From assembly GCA_963706025.1 (NCBI GenBank), contig CAVPLM010000003.1, forward strand, positions 704,001 to 768,000: DNA of 64,000 bases, written 5' to 3'. The notes under the pieces are model-generated. The model ran no database searches, was not told where the DNA came from, and saw nothing but the letters and a program-made list of their open reading frames with translations. The position numbers and the translations under genes were made by a program. Positions 1-10,241 of this stretch are shown in pieces (position 1 is the first letter of the stretch; every line of letters starts with the position of its first letter). This DNA comes from an uncultured Actinomycetes bacterium. Its GTDB lineage: Bacteria; Actinomycetota; Thermoleophilia; RBG-16-64-13.

Positions 1-250
1 CGCAGTGACCGGCAACAAGCTCACGGGCAAGATCTACTATCGGCACTCAGGGTACCCTGGGGGCCTGAAGAGTCGCACGCTGGGGCAGATGCTCGAGCGC
101 CGGCCCACTGAAGTCCTGCGGAAAGCGGTCAAGGGCATGCTGCCCAAGAACAGGTTGGCCGCCAAACAGCTAGGAAAGCTCAAAATATACGCTGGGCCGC
201 AGCACCCGCACGCGGCCCAGAAGCCGGAGGAGTTGCCATGGCAGCAGTAG
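1..250 (+). CDS. rplM: 50S ribosomal protein L13 (5' partial)
   Basis: [21 protein letters not shown] and [17 protein letters not shown] motifs; frame open at window edge. Confidence 0.97.
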   Translation, partial: AVTGNKLTGKIYYRHSGYPGGLKSRTLGQMLERRPTEVLRKAVKGMLPKNRLAAKQLGKLKIYAGPQHPHAAQKPEELPWQQ

Positions 251-630
251 TCTACTCGGCGACGGGCAAGAGGAAGACCTCTGTCGCCCGCGTGCGTCTC
301 ATGCCGGGTACTGGGAACATCACCGTCAACGGCAAAGACGTGAAAGACTATTTCAATCGCCAGACCCTGACCCTCCTGGTACGGTCGCCTTTGGTGGAGA
401 CCGGTACCGACTCCAGGTACGACGTGATCGCCCACATCCACGGCGGCGGCAAATCCGGCCAGGCGGGTGCTCTCAAGCACGGCGTAGCCCGCGCCCTGGT
501 CGAAGCCGATCCCTCGTTGAAGACCGACGTCAAGCGGGCCGGGCACCTGTCGCGCGACGCTCGGATGGTTGAGCGCAAGAAGGCCGGTCTGAAGAAGGCC
601 CGTAAGCGCCCGCAGTTCTCGAAACGCTAG
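238..630 (+). CDS. rpsI: 30S ribosomal protein S9
   Basis: [40 protein letters not shown]; follows rplM. Confidence 0.98.
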   Translation: MAAVVYSATGKRKTSVARVRLMPGTGNITVNGKDVKDYFNRQTLTLLVRSPLVETGTDSRYDVIAHIHGGGKSGQAGALKHGVARALVEADPSLKTDVKRAGHLSRDARMVERKKAGLKKARKRPQFSKR

Positions 631-655
631 TCGCTTCAGCTTCTAGGGAATCACG

Positions 656-685
656 AGGCGAGGGAGAAATCTCCCTCGCCTTTTT
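656..685 (+). terminator. Rho-independent terminator of rplM-rpsI
   Basis: aggcgagggag-aaat-ctccctcgcct hairpin running into a T tract. Confidence 0.9.
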
Positions 686-749
686 CATTGGTACGCGTGG
701 CATGAACGACAGCTTGAGGGGCACGCGGAAGGAGCGGAACGGACCCACG

Positions 750-1748
750 ATGGCCGAGCTGCGCATAGACACTGATGCCATACGCAGCAACACTGAGGTC
801 GTGGCGGCCCTCTTGCGACGACATGGTCTGGATCTGGTGGGAGTGACCAAGGGCTGTATGGGCGAACCCCGGGTGGCGAAGGCCATGATGGAAGGGGGCG
901 CCTCGGCCCTCGCCGACACCCGCGATCCGAACCTGCGCCGGCTGCGGACGGCTCTGCCCGGCGTGGAGCTGCATCGCATCCACCTGCCTTCGCTGGCCGA
1001 GCCTTTCGAGCCGGGAGACATCACTTACGTCTCGTCTTCGGCGGGGGCGGAAGCAGTGGCCGCTCTGGGCGGGTCGAGGAGGCCGCGCCGGGTCATGGTG
1101 CAGGTGGAGACCGGGGATGAGCGGGAGGGCGCCCCGTTGGAGCTTCTGCCGGATCTGGCAATGGCCATTGTTGCCGACTCCCGCCTCGAGCTCACGGGCA
1201 TTGCCACCAACTACGCCTGCTTCCGCGGCGAGCCTGCTGGTATACGGGGGTCGGTTGCGGCGGTCGCCCAGGCGGCGGCCGCACTGCGCGCGGCCGGCCT
1301 GCTCACGCCCCGCGTGTCTGGAGGCAATTCCAGCGTATTGTGGCTGCTCGCGCAGGGGGAGACCTTGCCCTCACAAGTGACGGAGCTGCGGTGTGGCGAG
1401 GCCTTGCTCTTGGGGCAGGACGCCCTGTTCTACCGAGCCCTTCCCGGCTGTCGGACCGACGCCTGCGTGCTGCGGGCCGAAGTGCTCGAGGAGTATACTA
1501 GGCCGGCTCCCGACGGCGGAGCACGGCGGCTGGTGCTGGGCATCGGTAGGCAGGATCTTGCCTCGGGCGGGGTCAAGTTTTTACGGCCGGGCCTGGAGGA
1601 GATCGGGCGGTCGGCCGACTACTTGGTGGCGGAGGCGACGGCTGAGTTCGAGGGGGCTTTCGTGGGAGAGACCCTGGAAATGATCCCGGCCTACGAGGCT
1701 CTGGTGGCTGCCTGGACCTCTCCCTATGTGGAGCTGAGGCTCCTCTAG
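750..1748 (+). CDS. PLP-dependent alanine/ornithine racemase family enzyme (Orr/YhfX-like)
   Basis: LVGVTKG PLP lysine, ADTR, VETGDEREG, GIATNYACF, SGGNSS, ELRCGEALLLG, GIGRQD; ATG at 750 downstream of AAGGAG. Confidence 0.85.
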   Translation: MAELRIDTDAIRSNTEVVAALLRRHGLDLVGVTKGCMGEPRVAKAMMEGGASALADTRDPNLRRLRTALPGVELHRIHLPSLAEPFEPGDITYVSSSAGAEAVAALGGSRRPRRVMVQVETGDEREGAPLELLPDLAMAIVADSRLELTGIATNYACFRGEPAGIRGSVAAVAQAAAALRAAGLLTPRVSGGNSSVLWLLAQGETLPSQVTELRCGEALLLGQDALFYRALPGCRTDACVLRAEVLEEYTRPAPDGGARRLVLGIGRQDLASGGVKFLRPGLEEIGRSADYLVAEATAEFEGAFVGETLEMIPAYEALVAAWTSPYVELRLL

Positions 1749-1778
1749 AAGGCTTGCGACAAGGGAGGTTTGGTATCG

Positions 1779-3611
1779 ATGTGTGGCATCGTCGGCTATG
1801 TAGGAGATCGACCGTGCCGTGACATCCTGTTCCGGGGGCTGCGAAAGCTCGAGTACCGCGGCTACGACTCCGCAGGCATCTCGATCATCAGTGATGGGCG
1901 CTTCGAGCTACTGCATTCCGTGGGCAACCTGGACAACCTGGAAGCCATCCTCGGCCAGATGGGCGAAGTCGGGACCTTGGGCATGGCCCACACGCGCTGG
2001 GCCACCCACGGCCGCCCCTCCAACGAGAACGCCCACCCGCATACCGACTGCACCGGGCGTTTCGCGATAGTGCTCAACGGTATCGTGGAGAACTACCTGG
2101 CTTTGAGGGCCGGTCTGCAGGCGGAAGGCCACGTGTTCACCTCCGACACCGACGCTGAAGTCGCTGCCCACCTCATCGAGCGGGCCTACCGAGGCTCCCT
2201 CCAGCGGGCAGTGGTGGAGGCCTATAGTCAAATGGAAGGTCATTTCACCTACTGCGCCATCGCTGTGGATGAGCCTGACGTGATCGTGGGCATCCGCAAA
2301 GAGACCCCGCTCGTGGTCGGGCTGGGCGAAGGCGAGAACTACCTGGCCTCGGCCGTACCGGCGTTCTTGGCGGAGACGCGCTCGGTGGTCTTTCCTGAGG
2401 ACGGAGACGTGGTGGTCGTCAAGCGGGATTCCGTCAGGCTGTTCGATCTGGAGGGACTCCCGGTCGAGCGTGGGGTCCAGACAGTGGACTGGGACGAAGA
2501 AGCGGCGGAGAAGAGCGGCTACGAGACCTTCATGCTGAAAGAGATCCACGAGCAGCCCACCGCGCTCGCGGACACGTTGGCCGAGCGCATCGGGGAGGAC
2601 GGCGAGGTGGTCCTCGACGGCCTGGGCCTCACTCCCGAGTCGATCCGCGCCATCAAGCAGGTCGTTATCGTGGCCTGCGGTACCTCATACCACGCCGGTC
2701 TGGTCGGCAAGTATGTCTTGGAACGCTGGGCGCGCGTGCCCGTAGAGGTGGAGGTAGCCTCCGAATTCCGGTATCGGGAGCCGGTCATCGGCCCCGATTG
2801 CCTCTGCATCGCCATCAGCCAGTCGGGGGAGACGGCCGACACCCTGGCGGCCATGCGTCTTGCCCGCCAAGCTGGAGCGCAGGTCCTGGCTTTGACCAAC
2901 ATCGTCGGTTCGCAGGCCACCCGGGAGGCCGACGGGGTCCTGTTCACCCGCGCGGGTCTGGAGATCGGAGTGGCCGCGACCAAGACCTTCTTGACCCAGG
3001 TGCTGGCCGTGCTCCTCCTGAGCCTTCACTTCGCCGAGAACCGGGGCCATCTCACCCGCGAACAGGTGCGGTCCTACACGGAGGAGCTCCGTCACATTCC
3101 CCGGCTGCTCGGTGATTACCTGGGCGCCGGCGCGGCCGAGCGTGTGGACCAGGTGGCTCGTGACTACGCCTCCAGCCGCTTCTTCATGTGTTTGGGGAGG
3201 AATCTGGGTCTGCCGGTCGCCTTAGAGGGAGCGCTGAAACTCAAGGAGATCTCCTACATCCCCACCGACGCTTACGCGGCCGGAGAGATGAAGCACGGAC
3301 CCATCGCCTTGCTGGAGGAAGGTTCACCGGTCTTGGTCGTCGCCACGGAAAGCTTCGTCTACGACAAGCTCATCTCCAATGTGCAAGAGGTGAAGGCCCG
3401 AGGAGCGCGCGTCATCGCCGTGGCGTCTGAGGGGAACGAAGGCCTGACGGAGATGGTGGACGAGGTCTTCTATGTCCCCCGCACCGATGAGATGCTCGCC
3501 CCTCTTCTGGCCGTGGTCCCCTTGCAGCTCTTCGCCTACTACGTGGCCAAGAACAACGGTGAGAAGGTCGATCAGCCGCGAAACCTAGCCAAGACCGTCA
3601 CGGTGGAGTAG
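1779..3611 (+). CDS. glmS: Glutamine--fructose-6-phosphate aminotransferase
   Basis: MCGIVGY start, LEYRGYDSAG, HTRWATHG, SQSGETADT, PRNLAKTVTVE end. Confidence 0.98.
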   Translation: MCGIVGYVGDRPCRDILFRGLRKLEYRGYDSAGISIISDGRFELLHSVGNLDNLEAILGQMGEVGTLGMAHTRWATHGRPSNENAHPHTDCTGRFAIVLNGIVENYLALRAGLQAEGHVFTSDTDAEVAAHLIERAYRGSLQRAVVEAYSQMEGHFTYCAIAVDEPDVIVGIRKETPLVVGLGEGENYLASAVPAFLAETRSVVFPEDGDVVVVKRDSVRLFDLEGLPVERGVQTVDWDEEAAEKSGYETFMLKEIHEQPTALADTLAERIGEDGEVVLDGLGLTPESIRAIKQVVIVACGTSYHAGLVGKYVLERWARVPVEVEVASEFRYREPVIGPDCLCIAISQSGETADTLAAMRLARQAGAQVLALTNIVGSQATREADGVLFTRAGLEIGVAATKTFLTQVLAVLLLSLHFAENRGHLTREQVRSYTEELRHIPRLLGDYLGAGAAERVDQVARDYASSRFFMCLGRNLGLPVALEGALKLKEISYIPTDAYAAGEMKHGPIALLEEGSPVLVVATESFVYDKLISNVQEVKARGARVIAVASEGNEGLTEMVDEVFYVPRTDEMLAPLLAVVPLQLFAYYVAKNNGEKVDQPRNLAKTVTVE

Positions 3612-3624
3612 CACGGGGTGCGCG

Positions 3625-5679
3625 TTGATGCGCTTTGACGGGCGCGGGCGGGCGCGCAAAGCCTTGAGGGACGAAGGCGATGCGGGGACCTGGGCCGGCT
3701 GTGGCTTCGATCTGGTGGAGGTCGGGCGTCTCGAGCGGGCCCTCGGGCGCCACCCTGGACTCGAGCAACGGCTCTTCACGCCCGCGGAGATCGCCTACTG
3801 CAGTGCCCGGGGAAGACCGTTGCTTCATTTCGCCGGCCGTTTCGCAGCCAAAGAGGCGGTTGGTAAACTGCTGGGAAGCGGAGTGCTGTCCTGGCAGGAG
3901 ATCGAAATCAGCGGGGGTCCTCGGCCCGGCGTGACCCTGAGCGGCCGCAGCGCAGAGCTGGCTGAGGCTCGGGGGATGGAGGGACTACAGCTCTCGCTCT
4001 CGCATGTGGACTCGCTCGCGGGAGCGTGTGTCGTGGTGGTCGCGGGTTCATCGGGGGGAGCGGACGTGGGATATCTTGACGACGATCGTTCAGGCGAAGA
4101 CACCGGCAGCGGGCTTGTTGCCCTTCACCCCCTGTCGGAACGGCCGGCGGTGTTTACGCCGGCTCAGATGCGGGAGTTGGACCGGGCGACCATCGAGGAC
4201 ATCGGAATACCGGGTCCGGTGCTCATGGAGCGCGCGGCCCTGGGGGTGAGCGCCTTCATCCAGTCCCGATACCCCGATCATCACACTCTCATAGTGTGTG
4301 GGCCTGGCAACAACGGCGGCGACGGGCTGGCGGCCGCCCGACAGCTACATCTGGCCGGGCATCCGGTCGCCTGCGTCGTGGCCTTGAGCACGGCCTCGGA
4401 GCTCAGCCCGGATGCCGCCCTCAACTTCAAGGCGGCGGAGAAGGCGGGAGTCAATCTGCGGGTGGGCTCGGTGCCCGACTACCTCTGGGACGAGGCCGAC
4501 TTGGTGGTCGACTGCCTTCTGGGGACGGGGGCGAAAGGGGAGATCAAGGCTCGGCTGGCTGAGTGGGCCCGTCGGATCAACACCATGGGTGCTTGTGGCG
4601 TCCCGGTGCTGGCGGTAGACGTACCGTCGGGTGTAGATGCCACCACGGGTGGCGTCGCAGCTGCCGCCGTGGCGGCCGATGTCACCGTCACCTTCCACGC
4701 GGCCAAGAGCGGTCTGGTATGCCCGCCCGGCTCGGAGGCGGCCGGGGAGGTACTGGTGTGGGACATCGGTCTTCCCGGCTTTCTCGAGCCGGAGCCCGAC
4801 CTGTGGGTGGTGACGGCCGGCGACGTGAACGTCCCCGGCCGTCGGACCGACGACCACAAATACCGCGCCGGGTTTGTCGCCGTGCTGGCCGGGTCGGCCG
4901 CCTATCCCGGCGCGGCCTGGCTGACCGCGCAGGCCGCCTACCGGGCTGGGGCGGGCTATGTCCGCCTGCTGATGAACTCGGGCGCTGCCGACGGGGTGCG
5001 GAATCGGCTGGTCGAAGCGGTGCTCCAGGAGATCGGACCCGGTGACTGCCTGGTTGATGCCGAGCCGGTACTGGCAGCCCTCGCCGACGAGCGCCTGGGC
5101 GCTTTGGTAGCCGGCCCGGGTCTGGGGCGCGATCCGGCTACGCTGGTCGCGGTGAAGCGGGTGATACTCGAGAGCGTGGTACCCGCCGTGCTGGATGCCG
5201 ATGGACTCTTCGCATTCGCGGGGGCGGCGGCGACCCTCAGGGACCGCGCCGGACTGGTCTTGACCCCGCACGTCGGGGAACTGGCCGCCCTGCTCGACGC
5301 GCCGGTCGCGGAGCTCTCCGCCTCGGCTTTGACCGCGGCCCGGCGCGCAGCTGAAGTCACCGGACAGGTCGTGCTCCTGAAGGGATCCTCGACCGTAGTC
5401 ACCGCGCCGTCGGGACAGACCCGGGTGATCGCACAGGGCCCCCCCCAGCTTGCCTCGGCAGGCACGGGTGACGTTCTCTCAGGAATCATAGGGACCCTGC
5501 TGGCAAAGGGCGTGGAGCCCTTCGAGTCCGCGTACGCCGGAGCTTGGATACACGCCGAAGCTGGTAGGCTTGGGGCGGAGACCGATCCCCAGGGTGTCCT
5601 CGCCGGTGATCTCGTAGAGCTGCTCCCTGAGGTGATCGCAGGCCGCATCTATGACAGGAGGCCCTCGTGGACGAGCTGA
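3625..5679 (+). CDS. acpS/nnr: Holo-ACP synthase AcpS (about 3690-4040) in frame with NAD(P)HX epimerase/dehydratase NnrE-NnrD (from about 4065); possibly two genes
   Basis: GFDLVE, FAGRFAAKEA, SLSH (AcpS); LMERAA, CGPGNNGGDG, DCLLGTG, VDVPSG, GPGLG, LDADGL, TPHVGE, LASAGTGDVLSG (Nnr); start uncertain. Confidence 0.9.
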   Translation: MMRFDGRGRARKALRDEGDAGTWAGCGFDLVEVGRLERALGRHPGLEQRLFTPAEIAYCSARGRPLLHFAGRFAAKEAVGKLLGSGVLSWQEIEISGGPRPGVTLSGRSAELAEARGMEGLQLSLSHVDSLAGACVVVVAGSSGGADVGYLDDDRSGEDTGSGLVALHPLSERPAVFTPAQMRELDRATIEDIGIPGPVLMERAALGVSAFIQSRYPDHHTLIVCGPGNNGGDGLAAARQLHLAGHPVACVVALSTASELSPDAALNFKAAEKAGVNLRVGSVPDYLWDEADLVVDCLLGTGAKGEIKARLAEWARRINTMGACGVPVLAVDVPSGVDATTGGVAAAAVAADVTVTFHAAKSGLVCPPGSEAAGEVLVWDIGLPGFLEPEPDLWVVTAGDVNVPGRRTDDHKYRAGFVAVLAGSAAYPGAAWLTAQAAYRAGAGYVRLLMNSGAADGVRNRLVEAVLQEIGPGDCLVDAEPVLAALADERLGALVAGPGLGRDPATLVAVKRVILESVVPAVLDADGLFAFAGAAATLRDRAGLVLTPHVGELAALLDAPVAELSASALTAARRAAEVTGQVVLLKGSSTVVTAPSGQTRVIAQGPPQLASAGTGDVLSGIIGTLLAKGVEPFESAYAGAWIHAEAGRLGAETDPQGVLAGDLVELLPEVIAGRIYDRRPSWTS

Positions 5680-6158
5680 CAATCGGCGACATCATGCAGA
5701 CCGAGGTCATCACAGTCGGACCGACCACCACAGTGCGGGAGCTTGCCGGTATCCTGGCCGAGCACAGGATCAGCGGCCTGCCGGTCGTCGACGAGGAGGA
5801 CCGGGTGGTAGGCATGGTGAGCGAGGCGGACATCATCGTCCAGGATGCGGAGCTTCACTTCCCCTACTACATCCAGTTGCTTGACTCGGTCATATATCTG
5901 CAAAGCTTCCACAAGTTCGAGGAACGCCTGCACAAGATGTTCGGCTCGCAAGTGAAGGAGATCATGAGCGAAGAGGTACTGGCTATCTCTCCCGACGCGT
6001 CCGTGCGCGACGCGGCTACGCTCATGACCGACCGCGAGATCAACCGGCTCCCTGTGGTGGCCGAGGGCAAGCTGGTGGGTATCGTCACCCGGCACGACAT
6101 TGTCCAGGCCATCGCCGGTACTACGGCCCAGGGCGCGACGACGGAGGATCATGTCTAA
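5667..6158 (+). CDS. CBS domain pair protein
   Basis: DIMQTEVITV...ISGLPVVD...VGMVSEADI and EIMSEEVLAI...INRLPVV...LVGIVTRHDI. Confidence 0.92.
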   Translation: MDELTIGDIMQTEVITVGPTTTVRELAGILAEHRISGLPVVDEEDRVVGMVSEADIIVQDAELHFPYYIQLLDSVIYLQSFHKFEERLHKMFGSQVKEIMSEEVLAISPDASVRDAATLMTDREINRLPVVAEGKLVGIVTRHDIVQAIAGTTAQGATTEDHV

Positions 6159-6501
6159 GAAAGAGACACGCAGGGCAGCCCGGCAGGCTTTCCCCAAAGC
6201 CCCGAGCAGCACGAAGAGTTCCAAGACGGCCGTGAGGTCCACAGGCGGGGCGAAGAGCAAAGCCGCGGCTAAGCCGGCTCTCAGGCCCCCCACGCTCAAG
6301 CGGGCGGCGATCCAGGGCGCCATCCTGGGCGTTCTCTACCTGATAGTGATCCGTTTCATCTGGCGGGAGCCGGGGACCAGCACCGCTGTCTACATCATAT
6401 TTCCTTTGGGCGGGTTCTTCGTCTTCACAGGTGTCGCTTACGCGGTCGACCGCTTCACCTATCAGCGGCGCCTCCGAAAGCTGAAGGGCCCATCGAAGTA
6501 A
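6151..6501 (+). CDS. Small membrane protein, Lys/Arg-rich N-terminus, 2 TM helices
   Basis: GGAGG RBS before ATG 6151; two hydrophobic segments; overlaps CBS gene stop. Confidence 0.7.
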   Translation: MSKKETRRAARQAFPKAPSSTKSSKTAVRSTGGAKSKAAAKPALRPPTLKRAAIQGAILGVLYLIVIRFIWREPGTSTAVYIIFPLGGFFVFTGVAYAVDRFTYQRRLRKLKGPSK

Positions 6502-6538
6502 CGCGATCTGAGGGGCACTACGCAATCTGAGGGGCACT
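6501..6538 (+). repeat. 19-bp tandem duplication containing the cca RBS
   Basis: acgcgatctgaggggcact (6501-6519) / acgcaatctgaggggcact (6520-6538), 1 mismatch. Confidence 0.9.
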
Positions 6539-6540
6539 GG

Positions 6541-8020
6541 ATGATGTTGGAAGCGGTGGCCGATACCCTGTGGCGCCGTCGAACTGAGGGTTGGCTCGTG
6601 GGCGGCACCGTGCGCGACCGGGAGTCGGGATGCCAGCTCGCCCGACCTAGACTTGGTCGTAGCCGACGATCCGGCTGCAGTGGCCCGAGAGATCGCCGGC
6701 CGGCTGGCCTCCCCCTGGTTCGCCCTGTCCGCTCGTCACGGGGCGTATCGAGTGATGGGAGGCCAAGGCCACATCGATGTAGCGGGTATCCGGGGGGCCG
6801 ACATCGTCGACGATCTGGCCCAGCGGGATTTCACGATCAACGCCATGGCCGTCCCTGTGGGTGCCGGCGACCTCGTCGATCCCTTCGGAGGTCTAACGCA
6901 TCTGCGGGAGAAGCGTCTGGTGGCAGTGTCGGAACGGGTATTCGGCGACGACCCCCTAAGGCTCATGCGGGCCGTCCGATTCTGCCACGTGCTCAGCCTC
7001 CGCCTCGATCCCCCTTTGGAGGCCCTGCTGCGCTCGCAGGCTTCGGAGCTTGTCCGCGCTGCTCCCGAGCGGGTCGCCGTTGAGATGGCGCTCACCTTGG
7101 CCCGGAGCCCCTCGGCGGCCGCGGTGCGGCTCTGGGCGGCGCTGGGCCTGCTGCGGGCCATGCTGCCCGAGGTGGCTGCGTCTTGGGGCGCTGCGGGGGG
7201 TGAGGACGGGGTCGACGACCGCTTCGAGGACCAGGCCTGGCGTGAAGACGGCGTGACCGAGGCAGCTGCCTGGCCGCCTGTGAGCCTGTTGACGTTGGAG
7301 GCCCTGCTCGAGCGGCTCGACCACGCGCTCGCGCACCTGCCGGTCTGGTTTCCTGAGTCTGTCGCGGTCGTCTCGGAGCGGCTGGCCGGTCCCGTCGATG
7401 GAGCCTGGACGCGAACGGTCGCGCTACGACTGGCAGTGATGACGTATCACCTTTCTCCCGCGAGGGCCTTGGCCGCCGGTCGCCGGCTGAGGTTGTCAGG
7501 GGATATGCTGTCCCTCCTGCGGACGGTCAGCGGCTGCTTTCACGAGGGCCGCTGCAGCCACGAGGCGCTCCAAAGGGCGGCTCTTTCCCCCCGCTCGGCG
7601 GTGCTGTTCCTGTGGGATTCGGCACCCTGGGAACCAGAGTCGATCCTGCTCGCGACTTGCGCCGGGGCTCCGCCTGCCGGCGCGACGACCACTTCCGACC
7701 ACGTCGATCGGAGCGGCACGCCGCTCACCGCCGGCACTATCGCTCAGGCCGACCTCGAGCCCGCCGCCGCCGATCTGCTGCCGCGACCGGGAGTCCTGGA
7801 CCCTTCTCGGAAGCTGATGGTGCGCTGGGCGGATCGGTCGATCCGCCCAGCGCCGGCCTCGCCGGTGGACGGGGAGATGCTCATCCGGGAGCTTGGTCTG
7901 GTCCCAGGCCCTCGCCTGGGGCAGATCCTGCGCGAGGTCAGATTGGCTTGGGAAGCACAGGAAGTGACGACGGCCGGCGAGGCTCTGAGTCTGGCGGAGG
8001 GACTTCTCCGGACGCTCTAG
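6541..8020 (+). CDS. cca: CCA tRNA nucleotidyltransferase / poly(A) polymerase family, one frameshift near 6635
   Basis: WLVGGTVRD in the first frame continues as PDLDLVV in the next; DLAQRDFTINAMA, DDPLRLMRAVRF, C-terminal DGEMLIRELGLVPGPRLG. Confidence 0.85.
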
Positions 8021-8086
8021 GCCAAGGCTGCGGTCGCCCGGCTTCCGCGCCCGGCCGGCAGCGCCCGGCCCGCTTCGGGTGCCTCG

Positions 8087-8095
8087 TGCTATCAT
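8087..8095 (+). promoter_or_regulatory. Putative extended -10 promoter for the rpmE operon
   Basis: TGcTATCAT about 50 nt upstream of rpmE. Confidence 0.5.
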
Positions 8096-8146
8096 ATCCT
8101 GCCTTTTTGGGCTTATTAGCTTGTGGGACGTGTCATTGGAGGCACC

Positions 8147-8359
8147 TTGAAGGACGATATACATCCTCAGTATGTTGAGAGCAGAGTCACGTGCTCTTGC
8201 GGCGAGACGTTTCTCACTCACTCGACCCTTCCGGAGATCAAAGTGGAGGTCTGCTCTGCCTGTCATCCGTTCTACACGGGTAAGCAGAAGCTGGTCGACA
8301 CTGCCGGCCGGGTGGAGAGGTTCAACAAGAAGTATCGCCGCTCCGAGAAGAAGGCGTAG
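8147..8359 (+). CDS. rpmE: 50S ribosomal protein L31, Zn-binding type
   Basis: [35 protein letters not shown]; TTG start after GGAGG. Confidence 0.97.
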   Translation: MKDDIHPQYVESRVTCSCGETFLTHSTLPEIKVEVCSACHPFYTGKQKLVDTAGRVERFNKKYRRSEKKA

Positions 8360-8371
8360 CCCTCTTCGGCC

Positions 8372-9118
8372 GTGCCTGCCGAGCTCACGGTAACGCTTCT
8401 CCAATACACTCCCTTGCCGGAGCGGGCGGTGGCTTCCGCTGGACGGCTTTGCTACGCGCCGGTCGGTGCCGCCGAACTAAAGACCGCCATGAGCGACGAC
8501 GAGGTCCGGCGCCTCGTGCGCGGTCTGGTGCGATCCGGTCATCTGAGCGCCTTGGAACATGCCGCGTTCACGTTCGCGATCGAGGGGATATCGAGAGCAT
8601 GTTCCCATCAGCTCGTTCGGCATCGAGTCGCCTCCTACAGTCAGCAGTCCCAGCGGTATGTGCGTTTCGACTCCTCAGGGGGTTTCGTCATACCGCCGAG
8701 CATCGAGGCATCCCCGGAAGCCCGCACCGTCTTCTACGAGGCCATGGACAATGCCCGACGCTCCTACGAGCGCCTGGTGGCGCTCGGTCTGGCAGAGGGG
8801 CGGGGTAACGAGTCCGTCTTCGAGGATGCCCGCTTCGTACTGCCCAACGCGGCCGAGACAAAGATCGTGGTGACTATGAACGCGCGCGAGCTAAGGCATT
8901 TCTACGCGCTGCGCTGCTGTCGCCGGGCACAGTGGGAGATCAACCGGCTGGCCTGGACCATGCGTCATCTCGCCGTTTCGGTGGCACCGCTGCTCTTCGA
9001 GGGCACCGGGCCGGGCTGCATGACGGGGGGGTGCCCCGAAGGCAGGATGTCGTGTGGCTCCCCCTATTCCGAAGAAGAGGTCCTGGCGATGGATCTCATC
9101 GGATCGATAGCAGACTAG
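8372..9118 (+). CDS. thyX: FAD-dependent thymidylate synthase
   Basis: GHLSALEH, SHQLVRHRVASYSQQSQRY (RHRx7S), EDARFVLPNA, AQWEI. Confidence 0.95.
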   Translation: MPAELTVTLLQYTPLPERAVASAGRLCYAPVGAAELKTAMSDDEVRRLVRGLVRSGHLSALEHAAFTFAIEGISRACSHQLVRHRVASYSQQSQRYVRFDSSGGFVIPPSIEASPEARTVFYEAMDNARRSYERLVALGLAEGRGNESVFEDARFVLPNAAETKIVVTMNARELRHFYALRCCRRAQWEINRLAWTMRHLAVSVAPLLFEGTGPGCMTGGCPEGRMSCGSPYSEEEVLAMDLIGSIAD

Positions 9119-9126
9119 GCTCAGGA

Positions 9127-10203
9127 ATGACGATGATCGAGTCGACGGGGGCCGAGTCCAAGGCCGAGGACCAGAGTGCGTCCTCCTGCCCGCACGATCA
9201 CACTTTCGGAGGCCAGGCGGTCATCGAAGGGGTCATGATGCGCGGCCGGCACTCGTGGGGGGTGGCGGTGCGCCGACCTTCAGGAGGGATCGCCCGGGTC
9301 GGCTATCCTCTAGAGGCAGCAAGTTCCCGTCACCGCGTGCTCAAGTTGCCGATCGTGCGGGGAGTGGCGGCCCTCTGGGAATCGTTGAGCTTAGGGATAA
9401 AGGCCCTGGGGATCTCGGCCAACATCGGTCTTGAGGACCCAACGACGGAACCCGCCGGCCCATCGTCCGGCGGCGCGCCCGAGGGCACCGGACTGGACCA
9501 GCCAACGATCTCGGCCGACGAACCGGCGACCGGCGCGGAAGCGGCGAAGCCGCCGCTGTCCTTCGGCTGGAAGGAACTAGCCGTGACCGTGACCGTGGCC
9601 GTGGCTATGGCGGTGGCGTTCTTCGTGGTGATACCGCTGGTGGTGGTGAAGCAGTTCGAGTCGACCTTCGATAACCCCTTCCTCTTCAACCTGGTGGAAG
9701 GGCTCATCCGCATAGCCATCTTCATCCTCTACATCGTGGCAATCTCGCTCGTCCCCGATCTGCGCAGAGTGTTTCAGTATCACGGAGCCGAGCACAAGAT
9801 CATCCACGCCTACGAATCGTGTGGCAGGCCGGACGCGGAGCATGCCGGTAGCTACTCCACCCTCCACCCTCGCTGCGGCACGGGTTTCCTGCTGCTGGTG
9901 ATGGTCATCTCGGTTGTCTTCTTCGCTATCATCGGAAAGCCCTCGCTTCCCTGGCTGGTGCTGTCACGTCTCATCGGCATACCCATCATCGTGGGTATCG
10001 CCTACGAGATAGGCATAAAATGGGCAGGTAAGCATTCCAACGGGTTCTTCGCCCGGATCGTCCTCTGGCCCGGGATCCAGCTCCAGCGGCTGACCACCCG
10101 CGAGCCGAGCTACGACCAGCTTGAGGTGGCCGCTGCCGCTCTGGACGAGGTCATGCGCATGGACGACGTGAGCGGGCGCGCTCTCGCCGAACCCGCCACT
10201 TAG
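9127..10203 (+). CDS. DUF1385 family membrane protein
   Basis: [38 protein letters not shown]; usual rpmE-prfA position. Confidence 0.92.
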   Translation: MTMIESTGAESKAEDQSASSCPHDHTFGGQAVIEGVMMRGRHSWGVAVRRPSGGIARVGYPLEAASSRHRVLKLPIVRGVAALWESLSLGIKALGISANIGLEDPTTEPAGPSSGGAPEGTGLDQPTISADEPATGAEAAKPPLSFGWKELAVTVTVAVAMAVAFFVVIPLVVVKQFESTFDNPFLFNLVEGLIRIAIFILYIVAISLVPDLRRVFQYHGAEHKIIHAYESCGRPDAEHAGSYSTLHPRCGTGFLLLVMVISVVFFAIIGKPSLPWLVLSRLIGIPIIVGIAYEIGIKWAGKHSNGFFARIVLWPGIQLQRLTTREPSYDQLEVAAAALDEVMRMDDVSGRALAEPAT

Positions 10204-10241
10204 GCGCGGGCCTCGTAGAACGCGCCTCGGAGACTGAAGGC

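Noticed and set aside
1749-1778. glmS ribozyme
   Set aside because: Only 30 nt separate the racemase stop from glmS; no room and no consensus
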